Positions 17,190-27,710 of a stretch of DNA of 64,000 nt are shown in pieces. A program made the translations under genes and the position numbers. The notes under the pieces were generated by a model. That model was given only the letters and a program-made list of their open reading frames with translations, made no database searches and was not told the origin of the DNA. Positions within the stretch are counted from its first letter, which is position 1. Every line of letters begins with the position of its first letter. Source of the stretch: an uncultured Candidatus Saccharibacteria bacterium (lineage in GTDB: Bacteria > Patescibacteriota > Minisyncoccia > Phycocordibacterales > SIBU01); contig CAYSEN010000001.1 of NCBI GenBank assembly GCA_964430335.1, forward strand, positions 1,653-65,652, in the 5' to 3' direction.

Positions 17190-17996
17190 ATGGAAAATTC
17201 ATCATACGAAAAATTTTTAAGCGAGTTGGGCCTAACAAAAGAACAATCTTCCGTGTATGAAAGCCTTCTAAAAAACGGCCTTTTGCCGGCTAGACTTGTT
17301 TCCTTAAAAACAGGAATAAAGCGCAGCTTGGCCTATAAGATAATTGAACAGCTGATTGCCCTAGGTTTGGTTGAAAAAAGGGAAAATATTGGCAAAGTCA
17401 CTCTGTTCTTCCCTACCCATCCCGGAAAACTTCGTGAATTGGTCCAGAGACGCGAGGAGGAGCTGAAAAAGGCGGAGGCTAGCCTCGGTGGAATTATGGG
17501 CAAAATGGTTTCGGATTTTAATTTACTTTCAGGAAAGCCAAATGTTCAATTCTATGAAGGAATGGACGGTATGAAAAAAGTTCTTGAAGACTCTTTGACT
17601 GCGGAGGGTGAGATTTTGGCTTACTCAGATATTGTGGCGATACAAAAATACATACCCGAAGTAAATGCTGACTACGTTGCGAAAAGAAGAAAATTTGGTG
17701 TTAAGAAAAAAGGTTTGATATTTGATTCTCCAGAAGCTAGAAAAATACTAGAGGGTTACAATCCTGACATTACTGAAAACAAATTCATTAAATTTAAAGC
17801 TGATCCTTCAAAAACAATTATGCAGATATATGACAACAAGATTTCATATATCACTCTTAGTGAAAATCAAATGATAGGCGTTATTGTGGAGGACAAACAA
17901 ATCGCTTCACTGCACAGAAACCTATACGAGTATCTTTGGAATACTATTCCGCAAGACGGCTCATCTGCGTCGGTCGCGAAAAAGTTTGAAGATTAG
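17190..17996 (+). CDS. TrmB-family HTH transcriptional regulator
   Basis: N-terminal winged-helix pattern LGLTKEQSSVYESLLKNGLLPARLVSLKTGIKRSLAYKIIEQLIALGLVEK. Confidence 0.65.
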   Translation: MENSSYEKFLSELGLTKEQSSVYESLLKNGLLPARLVSLKTGIKRSLAYKIIEQLIALGLVEKRENIGKVTLFFPTHPGKLRELVQRREEELKKAEASLGGIMGKMVSDFNLLSGKPNVQFYEGMDGMKKVLEDSLTAEGEILAYSDIVAIQKYIPEVNADYVAKRRKFGVKKKGLIFDSPEARKILEGYNPDITENKFIKFKADPSKTIMQIYDNKISYITLSENQMIGVIVEDKQIASLHRNLYEYLWNTIPQDGSSASVAKKFED

Positions 17997-20373
17997 CTTC
18001 GTCAATTTTCTCAAATACAAGAAGCACCGTGTCGGCCTTTTTGTCCCTGATGTATCTTGTTAAAACATTTCTCTTCCCTCCCTCCTTTTGGTTTAGAGGA
18101 GAAAATGCTTCAGGAGTTAGTTCGGACAGTCTCAATTCAACACACTCAAAAGGCAAAGTTCCGGATTCTTTTTTCTGTTTAATTTCTTCGGCGGTCATTG
18201 ATTTAGAGGAGAAAAGACCGACACTTTGGTCATTTCTCACAATATCCATCGAGTATATTTCGTGGACCTGTTCTGCTCCCGTTCCTACGAAACCTCTCTC
18301 TACGTAATTCGAGGCAATTGCCTCGGTAGCAGTACAGCTGGCTTCGATTACAGAGTCTTTGGCCACAACGTCGAGTGATTTCTGCATCAAAGCCTCCCCG
18401 ATACCAGAACCACGATATCTTGGATTCATGTTGAAAGCGCCGAAGTATGTAGTATCAGACTCAGTAATGCCAAGTCGATAAAAACCTTCAATGACTCCTT
18501 CGTATCTTAGAATGTAAAATCGATTTGCAGGGTCTCTTACAACAGAGTCAAATCGCTCGATAAGCATTTTTTGGAATTTTGGGTATAGGATGTAATTAAT
18601 TTTATACAGCTCTTTCATTCGGTCGACGTCTGCCGGCGACAGCTCCCCACCACTAACTTCACTTTCGAAACTAACCCCTTTGATTTCTGAAAAATCAGGA
18701 GTCTCGCCGTTTTGAGAAAATTCTCTAAATGATGCGGCGAAGAGTGAGGCATCTGCACGAGTGAGCTCAAGTTCTTTTTCGAGTTCTTCCGCTGTAACAG
18801 TTTCAGCTCCCGCAGAATTTAATCTGGTGGCGAATCCTGAGAGCAAATCCCTTCCTCGACGCATCAAATTGTCTTGAATAGATGAAATTGTGGCCTCGTT
18901 GGCATCTTTGCCGTAGTGTTCTCGAACATAGGAACCAGCGGATTCGGCAGCGTCGACTAGCTCAGAATATTTGATAAAAATTCTTTCAGCCTGGTCCTGT
19001 GGCAATTTTTCACCAAGTTCAACAATACTGTCACCAAATTCACGGCCATATTCTAGAGAAAGGAACGTGCGAAAGCCGGTTTTTCCGTATCTGGAAACAA
19101 AATTTTGTACAGGTGGAATATGCTTCGCTTCTTTTGTTTTTATAAAATTTAGAAACTGAAATTGTTCGGACAATGACATTTCTGAAATTTTTATTCCGAA
19201 ATCTTTCTCCACTCTTTCACGTGTTGGTTTTCGTAATAGATACGCATAACTGGCCAAGTCTTCTTCATTGGCTTCACCAAACACTGCCAAATCCTCAACG
19301 CGCGCCACCCTCATTGTTGAATAAATTTCAGAATAAAGTGAACTTCTTTCTTGCATTAATGGATAGCCCATAGAAATTTGCCCACTTTTTCTCAAAATTT
19401 TATCTATATCCTCACTTAATTCAGAAATTCTACCCACAAGATCCTCTAGTTTTTTACGGTCAGATGGTTCACTTATATACAAAACATCATCTAGATGAAA
19501 TGCGTAGCGATCGCCAGTTATTAAAACCGGCAGATGGTCCTGATCAGAACCCCAGTCTCCATTTTCCATCGCAGAATATACTTCTTTGGCTCTTACATTT
19601 AACAAATAACTACCTTGTTGTTTTTCTACTGCTTCGTTGAGCAATTGTCGAAGACGAGGAGCCTCTTTTTCTGAAAAACTTGTGTCTGCAGAAATAAAAT
19701 AAAGTCGTTTTAAAAATTCGATAAAATTTGCGGTTTTGGAATAATTATCTGGATTTTTAAAATCGAGATTCCTTTCTATTGCACTGTCATAAGCACCGCC
19801 TGAAAACGCATGTAAATATTGGAGTGAGCTCATTAGGTCCTGTCTAAGAAATTTACTTGCTCCATATCTTCCTACCGCCTGAGCAGTTTCATCGATTAAA
19901 ATGTCGGGTCTAACAAAGTGATTTTGTCCAAAAATGTTTTCTATTGCACCTGCGCCGTTTGGATATTTTTCATAGAGTTTCAGATTGGCACGAAACGCCT
20001 TATCACCAATAGACTCATCGTTTGGATTTAGCCTAGTTAAATCTGTATTTATCATTAAACCTTGGGTAATTTTCACAACCATATCGAAATCTATTTTTCC
20101 ACCCTCGCTAGATCTTTCTAAGGTCTGTAAATTTCTTTCAACGAGCAAATCGACCGACTCTTGTGACAGTTGGTGCCTTTGAGGAACTTGTGGCAAAACA
20201 CTCATTAATCCCTCCAGTTCCTCATCAGTTAAATTTTGTATGGTTTCGTTTATTTTTTCCTCATCTTTGCTTTCGATAAGAGAAATCAAATTCCTAGGCA
20301 ACTCAACACCCTCTCCTGTTCTGTCAGGAATTTCTCTACCAGAAGCCTCTTCCAAAAAATTTTCATGTGCCAT
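17944..20373 (-). CDS. large cytoplasmic protein with C-terminal GNAT acetyltransferase domain
   Basis: 809 aa. Acetyl-CoA binding motif RYRGSGIGEALMQKSLD near residue 630; the N-terminal ~550 aa are unrecognised. Confidence 0.6.
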   Translation of the reverse strand: MAHENFLEEASGREIPDRTGEGVELPRNLISLIESKDEEKINETIQNLTDEELEGLMSVLPQVPQRHQLSQESVDLLVERNLQTLERSSEGGKIDFDMVVKITQGLMINTDLTRLNPNDESIGDKAFRANLKLYEKYPNGAGAIENIFGQNHFVRPDILIDETAQAVGRYGASKFLRQDLMSSLQYLHAFSGGAYDSAIERNLDFKNPDNYSKTANFIEFLKRLYFISADTSFSEKEAPRLRQLLNEAVEKQQGSYLLNVRAKEVYSAMENGDWGSDQDHLPVLITGDRYAFHLDDVLYISEPSDRKKLEDLVGRISELSEDIDKILRKSGQISMGYPLMQERSSLYSEIYSTMRVARVEDLAVFGEANEEDLASYAYLLRKPTRERVEKDFGIKISEMSLSEQFQFLNFIKTKEAKHIPPVQNFVSRYGKTGFRTFLSLEYGREFGDSIVELGEKLPQDQAERIFIKYSELVDAAESAGSYVREHYGKDANEATISSIQDNLMRRGRDLLSGFATRLNSAGAETVTAEELEKELELTRADASLFAASFREFSQNGETPDFSEIKGVSFESEVSGGELSPADVDRMKELYKINYILYPKFQKMLIERFDSVVRDPANRFYILRYEGVIEGFYRLGITESDTTYFGAFNMNPRYRGSGIGEALMQKSLDVVAKDSVIEASCTATEAIASNYVERGFVGTGAEQVHEIYSMDIVRNDQSVGLFSSKSMTAEEIKQKKESGTLPFECVELRLSELTPEAFSPLNQKEGGKRNVLTRYIRDKKADTVLLVFEKIDEANLQTFSRPTQMSRLAE

Positions 20374-20471
20374 GCAACAATTATAGAAAATGTGACGTAA
20401 AAAGCTATTGAATTTGTTTTTTTAGCTCTTTCTCCTATACTAATAACACCTTACCACTTAACCATAAACAC

Positions 20472-20999
20472 ATGTCGGGACATAACAAATGGTCACAAAT
20501 TAAAAGACAGAAGGAGAAAACTGACGGTCAGAAAAGTAAGATGTTTTCTAAATATGGCAAATTGATTGCCATTGAAGCAAAAAAGGCTAACGGTAATCGC
20601 GAAGCTGCCGGACTTAAGGCCGTGATTGAGCGTGCAAAGGCTGAAAACATGCCAAATGACAACATCGAGCGTGCCATCAAAAAAGCTACGGATAACTCTA
20701 TCCCTCTTGAATCGATTACCTACGAAGCCTACGGACCAGGAGGGTGCGCTATGGTAATTGAAGCCTTGACTGACAATCGTAATAAAGCTGCCCAAGAGAT
20801 TAAATTTATTCTTTCACAAAACGGTTTCGCTCTTGCTGGAATGGGAGCGGCTACTTGGGCTTTTGCTAAAGAAGGCATGGTTTGGAAGCCAACCACCACG
20901 GTTCCTCTTGAAGATGCTGACTTGGAAAAATTGAGTAAATTGGTTGAGGACTTGGAAAATAATGATGAGGTACAGGACGTCTTCACAAACGTAGAATAA
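20472..20999 (+). CDS. yebC: YebC/PmpR-family protein (short, 175 aa)
   Basis: MSGHNKWSQIKRQK, YEAYGPGGCAMVIEALTDNRNK and DEVQDVFTN motifs. The middle domain appears reduced. Confidence 0.85.
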   Translation: MSGHNKWSQIKRQKEKTDGQKSKMFSKYGKLIAIEAKKANGNREAAGLKAVIERAKAENMPNDNIERAIKKATDNSIPLESITYEAYGPGGCAMVIEALTDNRNKAAQEIKFILSQNGFALAGMGAATWAFAKEGMVWKPTTTVPLEDADLEKLSKLVEDLENNDEVQDVFTNVE

Positions 21000-21001
21000 A
21001 A

Positions 21002-21478
21002 ATGAAAATCCTCGCTGTAGACCCGGGGTATGAAAAAATCGGCATAGCCATACTCGAGAAAAATTCTGGCAAAGAAGAGTTGGTTTTTTCTGAGTGTTTT
21101 AAAACCTCCCGAAAAATTTCTCCCCAAGAAAGACTTCTCTCCCTTGGACAAGAGGTTATGAGGGTTATTGAGGAATATCATCCATCAGCTCTTTCGATTG
21201 AAAAACTTTTTTTTGAAGTAAATCAAAAAACTGCCATGCTGGTCTCAGAAGCAAGGGGTGTAATTATCTACGAAGCCGTGAAGGCGGGCTTAAAAATTGA
21301 GGAATTTACACCACTTCAAGTTAAAGTGGCGGTAACTAGCTACGGTAAGAGTTCGAAGAACCAAGTGAAATATATGGTTGATAGGTTGATCAAAATAAAA
21401 AAATCTATAAAAGAGGATGACGAATATGATGCTATTGCACTTGGTTTAACTTATTTTGCTTGTGTAGGCAAAAACTAA
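21002..21478 (+). CDS. ruvC: crossover junction endodeoxyribonuclease RuvC
   Basis: MKILAVDPGYEKIGIAILE catalytic Asp motif and C-terminal DEYDAIALG. Follows yebC as in many bacteria. Confidence 0.85.
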   Translation: MKILAVDPGYEKIGIAILEKNSGKEELVFSECFKTSRKISPQERLLSLGQEVMRVIEEYHPSALSIEKLFFEVNQKTAMLVSEARGVIIYEAVKAGLKIEEFTPLQVKVAVTSYGKSSKNQVKYMVDRLIKIKKSIKEDDEYDAIALGLTYFACVGKN

Positions 21479-21479
21479 C

Positions 21480-22082
21480 ATGGAAAACATTTTGTACTTA
21501 AAATTTGCATCTTCGGTCTTGGCAAGCATCATCACGTTTTTTGGTTTTTACCCTTACATAAAAGATATATTTGCCGGGAACACAAAACCTCATTTGTACA
21601 CATGGCTTATCTGGTCACTAACCCAAATTACGAATGCGATTATTGTTGCAAGAGGAGGAGCGGGTTATCTAGCCTCTATATCATTCGTTACTGGGTCATC
21701 GCTTGTTTCATTAGTATTTATACTCAGTATCAAATATGGAACTAAAAATATTACCAAGACTGACACTAGCTTACTGATATTAGAATTGGTCGCAATTTTA
21801 TTTTTATGGAAATTCAATGACCCACTGACCTCACTCTTATTAATTTCCTTCATTGATCTGGCTGGTTACATTCCAACTATAAGAAAGTCGTTTGAGGAAC
21901 CATGGAGTGAATCTTTAATATTTTGGATCTTAATGAATGTTGGAAATATTTTTACATTAATAGCTCTCAACAAATACAACATTTTAACCACTTTTTACTT
22001 AATTATTCTCTTTGTAGGCAATAGTGCAGTTTTTTCGGTATGTATACTTAGAAGGAGAATTATTGATAAGATAAGCAAATAA
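21480..22082 (+). CDS. hypothetical polytopic membrane protein
   Basis: 200 aa with about six hydrophobic helices. Confidence 0.55.
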   Translation: MENILYLKFASSVLASIITFFGFYPYIKDIFAGNTKPHLYTWLIWSLTQITNAIIVARGGAGYLASISFVTGSSLVSLVFILSIKYGTKNITKTDTSLLILELVAILFLWKFNDPLTSLLLISFIDLAGYIPTIRKSFEEPWSESLIFWILMNVGNIFTLIALNKYNILTTFYLIILFVGNSAVFSVCILRRRIIDKISK

Positions 22083-22289
22083 GTTGTCCACAGAAAGCAG
22101 GTATTTGCAAAAAAAATGGCTATTTGATAAAACTATGACACTAGGGTGTTTCCTTTAAAAAGAACAAGGAAAATACTCATTAACAATTAACTTTTTGTTC
22201 ATGGACGACGAGAACGAGACATTAGATCCAGATCTTATGGATGAAGCATCTCCAGATCTAGGAGATGGTGAGGAAGAAGACATGATATA

Positions 22290-22321
22290 AAAATAAACCC
22301 CCTTTAAAGGGGGTTTATTTT
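22290..22321. terminator. bidirectional intrinsic terminator
   Basis: aaaataaaccccctt-ta-aagggggtttatttt, next to the tyrS stop. Confidence 0.8.
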
Positions 22322-22325
22322 TATA

Positions 22326-23531
22326 TCATTTGATTGTTACTTTTAGGAATCGATGTTTCCCGACCTTAAACACAGCGGAAGATTCAACTTTGAAGTTAAA
22401 ATCCAAAATCTTTACGACTTTTCCATCCGATTCTAGAAAACCGACCGCGTTTTCCCCAACAAGCCTTCTCCATTCTGACTTTGAAGATATTAGGCTGGTT
22501 TTGAGCAGACACTCGGACAAAAGGCTTCCCTTCTCTGATTCAATTTCTGGTATCTCGTCTGGAATTTCACCTTTGCTAAAAGTTTTAAGAAAATTTTCTT
22601 TCGCAACTTTAGCTTTTTTGTCTCCGTAGTAAACAGCCACTACCTTTTCTGCAAGTCTCAATTTCAAATCTCTAGGATTAACTCCGGATTCTAAACTTTT
22701 TTTAATATCGGCTATTTCGGAAAGTGGCACGGTTGTACACAATTCAAAAACCGGCAAAATAAAGTCATCAGACCAACTCATTACTTTGCCAAAAATTTCA
22801 TCTGGTTTTTCGTTTAAAGAAACCATGTTCCCCTCTGTTTTACCCATTTTTTTGCCAGTAGAGTCGACAAGCAACTTCATTGAAATAACCACCTTTTCTT
22901 TGTCGTTTAGCTTTTTAAGCAAATCCCTACCCATCAACATATTAAAGGTTTGGTCATTTCCTCCTATCTCTCCATCTACATTCATCGCAACCGAATCGTA
23001 ACCTTGTAAGACAGGGTAAAGGAATTCACTTAAATACAGATCTTTTCCTTCACTAATTCTTTTCTGGAACATGTCTCGCTTAATGGTCTGAGCATAGGTT
23101 ACATTTGAAAGAAGTTTGGCAATGTCCACCATCGATAATTTATTTATCCACTTTGAATTATATTTTAATTCGGCAGGATTATTGCCTGAAAAATTCAAAA
23201 TCTTTGAAACCTGCTTTTTGTAGAACTTGGCGTTGGCTACAACTTGTTCGCGAGTAAGAGGGACTCTCATCGACATTTTATCAGGATCGCCAATCATGGC
23301 TGTAAAATCTCCGATCAGTAAAATAATTTTATGTCCTAATTTCTGGAATTGAGCCAATTTTAGCATCGGAATTACATGACCAAGATGAAGGGTTGGTCCT
23401 GTAGGGTCGGCTCCTAAATATATAGTTAATTTCTCACTTTTTGAGAGTTTTTCTTGCAAATATTCCCTGCTCGGGTATATTCGCTCAACTCCTCGGGTTA
23501 ACAGTTCGTTAATTATTTCTTGATTTTCCAT
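22326..23531 (-). CDS. tyrS: tyrosyl-tRNA synthetase
   Basis: HLGH (class I HIGH) and KMGKT (KMSKS) motifs, plus a C-terminal S4-like region. Confidence 0.9.
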   Translation of the reverse strand: MENQEIINELLTRGVERIYPSREYLQEKLSKSEKLTIYLGADPTGPTLHLGHVIPMLKLAQFQKLGHKIILLIGDFTAMIGDPDKMSMRVPLTREQVVANAKFYKKQVSKILNFSGNNPAELKYNSKWINKLSMVDIAKLLSNVTYAQTIKRDMFQKRISEGKDLYLSEFLYPVLQGYDSVAMNVDGEIGGNDQTFNMLMGRDLLKKLNDKEKVVISMKLLVDSTGKKMGKTEGNMVSLNEKPDEIFGKVMSWSDDFILPVFELCTTVPLSEIADIKKSLESGVNPRDLKLRLAEKVVAVYYGDKKAKVAKENFLKTFSKGEIPDEIPEIESEKGSLLSECLLKTSLISSKSEWRRLVGENAVGFLESDGKVVKILDFNFKVESSAVFKVGKHRFLKVTIK

Positions 23532-23594
23532 GAACAACATTTTAGCATAAACACCTTCTTAAAATCTTGTAAGGACGTGGTATTATATTATCCA

Positions 23595-26123
23595 ATGAAA
23601 CACAAAGAAACTGTGTCTAAGTATCGAATTTTAAAGGAATTATTCTTGGGTCTAATTATTTTAGGAACTATTGGCGTGGGTGGCGTACTACTTTGGGTTT
23701 CGACATTCACCATGCCTGACCTGTCCTCCTTTAGCGACAGAAAAGTTAGCGAATCAACAAAAATTTATGACCGAACAGGCAAAGTTCTACTTTACGACTT
23801 AAACCAGGGTACAAAAAGAACTAATGTCGCCGATAGCGAAATTTCAATAAATGTTAAAAATGCGACCGTCGCTATAGAGGACAGCGATTTTTACGAACAT
23901 CACGGTATTAAAATCACTTCCATTTTCAGAGCAATTATTGCCAATATTTTCTCTAGAGGTTACAGCCAAGGAGGTTCTACTATAACCCAACAAGTAGTAA
24001 AAAACTCGCTTCTTACAACTGAGAAAAAAATCTCAAGAAAACTGAAAGAGTGGGTTTTGGCCTTAAAACTAGAAAGAGTTCTCAACAAAACTGAAATCCT
24101 AGACATCTACTTAAACGAAGCTCCATACGGAGGGACTATTTACGGAATAGAAGAAGCTAGCCAAACATATTTTGGGAAAAAAGCTTTGGATTTAAGCCTG
24201 GCAGAATCTGCTTATCTCTCTGCCCTACCAAACGCTCCGAGCTACTATTCACCTTACGGCAACAATAAACAAAGACTAGAAGATAGAAAAAATTTGGTCC
24301 TATCAAAAATGCTTGAGAAAAAATTTATTACTCAAGAAGAATATGATAAAGCTAAGGCTGAAAAAGTAGCCTGGAGACCTCAAGAAAATACTGGAATCAA
24401 GGCGCCACATTTTGTGATGTATATTAGGCAGTATCTAGAAGAAAAGTATGGAAAATCGATGATAGAACAAGGTGGTTTGAAGGTGACAACCACATTAGAT
24501 TACGGCCTACAGGCAAAAGCTGAGGAATTGGCAAACAAATACGCACTCGAGAACGAAAAAAATTACAATGCCGAAAATGCTTCTATCGTGGCATTGGACC
24601 CGAAAACAGGACAGATTTTGGTAATGGTTGGTTCCAGAAATTATTTTGATAAAAACATTGATGGAAATTTCAACGTAGCGCTGGCCCACAGACAACCAGG
24701 TTCTTCATTTAAACCGATCGTCTACGCCGAAGCCTTCATAAAAGGTTATACACCGGACACGGCTGTTTTTGACTTACAGACCGAGTTCTCCTCCGAATGT
24801 AACCCAGACGGAACACCTATTGTGAAAGGTGATGAGAAGAAGTGTTACATGCCTGAAAATTATGATCATGTTTACAGAGGTCCTATAAGTTTCCGAAATG
24901 CACTAGCACAATCGATAAACGTACCGGCTATTAAAGCTCTTTACTTAGCGGGTTTAAAAGATTCGCTTAGATTGGCAAAAGATATGGGCATTAAAAGCCT
25001 TACCAACACTAATCAATACGGATTAACTCTCGTTTTGGGAGGCGGAGAAGTTTCCCTACTTGATATGAGTAGCGCTTACGGGACATTTGCAGCTAACGGT
25101 GTAAGAAATCCATACCAAGGAATATTAAAAGTGGAAGATAAAAATGGAACAGTTCTTGAACAATTCGAACCTCATCCAATCGAAGTGATGCCGGAGCAAG
25201 TCGCTTTAATGATTTCAGATGTTTTGAGCGACAACAAAGCTCGTACACCAGCTTTCGGTGAACATTCAGCTCTCTATATCGAGGATCGACCTGTGGCTGT
25301 CAAAACCGGTACCACCAACGACTACCGTGACGCGTGGATTATGGGATATACACCAAACCTTGTAGTAGGTGCTTGGGCCGGAAACAACGACAACAGCCCT
25401 ATGGAAAAAAAGGTGGCAGGCTTTATAATCGCTCCGCTTTGGAATGCGTTTATAAAAGAAGCTTTGAAACAATACCCAGTTGAGAATTTTAAAAAACCAG
25501 ACCCAATAGATAAATCAACTCTCAAACCAGCATTGGCCGGCTTTTGGCAAGGTGGTAAAGCTTACTTTGTAAATAAATTATCTGGAGAGAAAGCAACAGA
25601 CGCCACCCCTCCTGAACTTAGAGAAGAAAGAGTTATAAAACAAATCCACTCAATTCTTTTCTGGGTAGATAAAGACAACCCAGCAGGACCGGCACCAGTA
25701 AACCCTGACCAGGATCCTCAATTTAAACTTTGGGAATACCCTATCAGAAAGTGGGTTACGGCAAATAATGTTATTGAAGAAGGTGAAAATGTTATTCCTG
25801 TAAGCACCGACTCCATGCACGGGCCAGAGTCAATTCCAACAATTACCATTTCAAACCCAATTTCTGGAACTCTATATCCTAAAAATCAAAATATTGTTAT
25901 TACAGTAAATACAAGCGGAAGATTCCCAATCTCAAAGGTGGATTATTTCATCAATGGTGCTTTTGTGGGTTCAGCTACTAGAGCTCCATGGAGTTTTAGC
26001 TTCCTTCCTAGGGAGTTGGATACCTTAAGAACTGAAAATGAGCTAAAGGCGATCGTCTACGACACGGCCTTTAACCGAAGCGAAACAAAAATCACCTTTA
26101 ACATTGCTTCCTCTAGCATTTAG
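23595..26123 (+). CDS. bifunctional penicillin-binding protein 1A (GT51 transglycosylase + transpeptidase)
   Basis: EDSDFYEHHGI and GGSTITQQ (GT51); SSFKP, SxN and KTGT (transpeptidase). ATG at 23595 chosen because the longer ORF overlaps the tyrS start. Confidence 0.9.
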   Translation: MKHKETVSKYRILKELFLGLIILGTIGVGGVLLWVSTFTMPDLSSFSDRKVSESTKIYDRTGKVLLYDLNQGTKRTNVADSEISINVKNATVAIEDSDFYEHHGIKITSIFRAIIANIFSRGYSQGGSTITQQVVKNSLLTTEKKISRKLKEWVLALKLERVLNKTEILDIYLNEAPYGGTIYGIEEASQTYFGKKALDLSLAESAYLSALPNAPSYYSPYGNNKQRLEDRKNLVLSKMLEKKFITQEEYDKAKAEKVAWRPQENTGIKAPHFVMYIRQYLEEKYGKSMIEQGGLKVTTTLDYGLQAKAEELANKYALENEKNYNAENASIVALDPKTGQILVMVGSRNYFDKNIDGNFNVALAHRQPGSSFKPIVYAEAFIKGYTPDTAVFDLQTEFSSECNPDGTPIVKGDEKKCYMPENYDHVYRGPISFRNALAQSINVPAIKALYLAGLKDSLRLAKDMGIKSLTNTNQYGLTLVLGGGEVSLLDMSSAYGTFAANGVRNPYQGILKVEDKNGTVLEQFEPHPIEVMPEQVALMISDVLSDNKARTPAFGEHSALYIEDRPVAVKTGTTNDYRDAWIMGYTPNLVVGAWAGNNDNSPMEKKVAGFIIAPLWNAFIKEALKQYPVENFKKPDPIDKSTLKPALAGFWQGGKAYFVNKLSGEKATDATPPELREERVIKQIHSILFWVDKDNPAGPAPVNPDQDPQFKLWEYPIRKWVTANNVIEEGENVIPVSTDSMHGPESIPTITISNPISGTLYPKNQNIVITVNTSGRFPISKVDYFINGAFVGSATRAPWSFSFLPRELDTLRTENELKAIVYDTAFNRSETKITFNIASSSI

Positions 26124-26131
26124 TATTTTGT

Positions 26132-26389
26132 CTACCTTAATCCTGAGATCTTAGTAGGTCCTAGATTATTTGATAGTTCTTTTAAAAAGAACTGTCTTTT
26201 AATGAACAATTCGCTTTTTAGTGCTGGAGAAGCTTTTACATACAAAACCCCTTCCCTTATTACAATATCCGCCAACTCTAATTTTAGATTCAAATGCTTT
26301 TCGACAAGTTCGGAAAAAATTTTTTTGACGGCAATATCTCCGAGTCCAAGCGATTTAAACTTTTCTAAGAAGAATGAGATTTTTTCCAT
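26132..26389 (-). CDS. small DUF721/DciA-like protein downstream of dnaN
   Basis: 85-aa ORF in the conserved position after dnaN. Assignment rests on context and size only. Confidence 0.4.
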   Translation of the reverse strand: MEKISFFLEKFKSLGLGDIAVKKIFSELVEKHLNLKLELADIVIREGVLYVKASPALKSELFIKRQFFLKELSNNLGPTKISGLR

Positions 26390-26402
26390 ATTTAAAACCT
26401 CT

Positions 26403-27503
26403 TTATTTGTTCATTGGCATCACGAGGTAGGTAAACATCTTATCGGACACTCCTCTAATCACCACGGGCCTATTAGGGCCTGAGAACGACAAGCTAATAC
26501 TGTCTGTGTCTATTGATTGCAAACAATCATTTATATATCGGAAATTAAAATTCACTTCGTTGGACTCCCCTGTCATGGCCGAATCAATTAAGGTCGTGTT
26601 TTCACCTAAGGTTGTGTTTTTTGTGGTTAGTTGGAATTTCTTCTCAGAAGGTGCGATATTTAAATTGATTTGGTTAAAGGCGTCTGAAAAGATAGTACTG
26701 ATTTTTAAGGCTCTTATTAAATCTTCTTTTAAGACAACAACTTCGGTTTTAAACTCTTTAGGGATAATCTGTTGGTAATCAGGAAAAGCTCCTTCAATCA
26801 ATCTTGAGGTTAAGTAGGTACCTCCAAAAACAAAAGCGATTTGATGTTTGTTAAAACGAACTTCTATTGATTGAGGATTTTTCTCTAAAATCCTCATGAT
26901 TTCTGCAATATTTTTAAAAGGGATTAGAATCTTCTCGAATTCCTTACCAATTTTAAATTTTATTTTCTTTTCTGCTAGTCTAAATGAATCGGTCGCAGCA
27001 AAGACTACGTTATTATCATCTGAATAAACACAAACACTCGATAACTCTGGCTTGATACTTGAATTAGAAGAACTGTAAGACACAGACTTTAACCCCTTCA
27101 CAAAATCATGAGATTCAATTTCGAAAGACTGTTCGTTTGAGATCTCAGGGATAGTTGGAAAATCTTCTGAAGAAAAACACTTTATATTACTTTTACTTTT
27201 GTTGGAGGTGACAGTAAGAGTCAGCTCGTTACTCTCGAGTTTTATGTTTTTTTCATTAGAGATACTAGAAACAATAGAACTCAAAACATTTGCTGGAACA
27301 GCCAAAACACCCTCTTCATCAACCTTTGCCGGTATCGAGCTTTGGAAACCTAGGTCTAGGTTAGTGGACCTGATTTGTAGTAAACCTTTTTTAGCTTCAA
27401 TAAGTACACAAGAAAGCACTGGTAAGTTTAAATTCTTTCCAGCTATTTTCTCTGCTTGGTTTAGAACTTCCTGCAATTTGTTCTGTACACATTCTACTTT
27501 CAT
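26403..27503 (-). CDS. dnaN: DNA polymerase III beta sliding clamp
   Basis: 366 aa with a three-domain clamp profile, C-terminal YLVMPM, immediately downstream of dnaA. Confidence 0.9.
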   Translation of the reverse strand: MKVECVQNKLQEVLNQAEKIAGKNLNLPVLSCVLIEAKKGLLQIRSTNLDLGFQSSIPAKVDEEGVLAVPANVLSSIVSSISNEKNIKLESNELTLTVTSNKSKSNIKCFSSEDFPTIPEISNEQSFEIESHDFVKGLKSVSYSSSNSSIKPELSSVCVYSDDNNVVFAATDSFRLAEKKIKFKIGKEFEKILIPFKNIAEIMRILEKNPQSIEVRFNKHQIAFVFGGTYLTSRLIEGAFPDYQQIIPKEFKTEVVVLKEDLIRALKISTIFSDAFNQINLNIAPSEKKFQLTTKNTTLGENTTLIDSAMTGESNEVNFNFRYINDCLQSIDTDSISLSFSGPNRPVVIRGVSDKMFTYLVMPMNK

Positions 27504-27710
27504 ATTCTATATATAAGATTATTACTACTACTAAGGGTGTGGATAATGTGTGTTTCTAATAATAATGTTGCTAATTAAGGTTTAAATGGAATTTTTAAAA
27601 ATGATAAGTTGTGGAAATCTTAGGAAGAATTGTGGGTGAAAAAATCAGAATCCATAAATCGTGTTTTTATTCCCCATACTGTTCTCCACTTTTACACAGG
27701 TTATCCACTT
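27504..27710. promoter_or_regulatory. putative oriC core (dnaA-dnaN spacer)
   Basis: Perfect DnaA box tgtggataa at 27538-27546. Near-boxes: tgtggaaat 27610-27618 and ttatccact 27701-27709. AT-rich stretch at 27501-27531. Confidence 0.6.
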
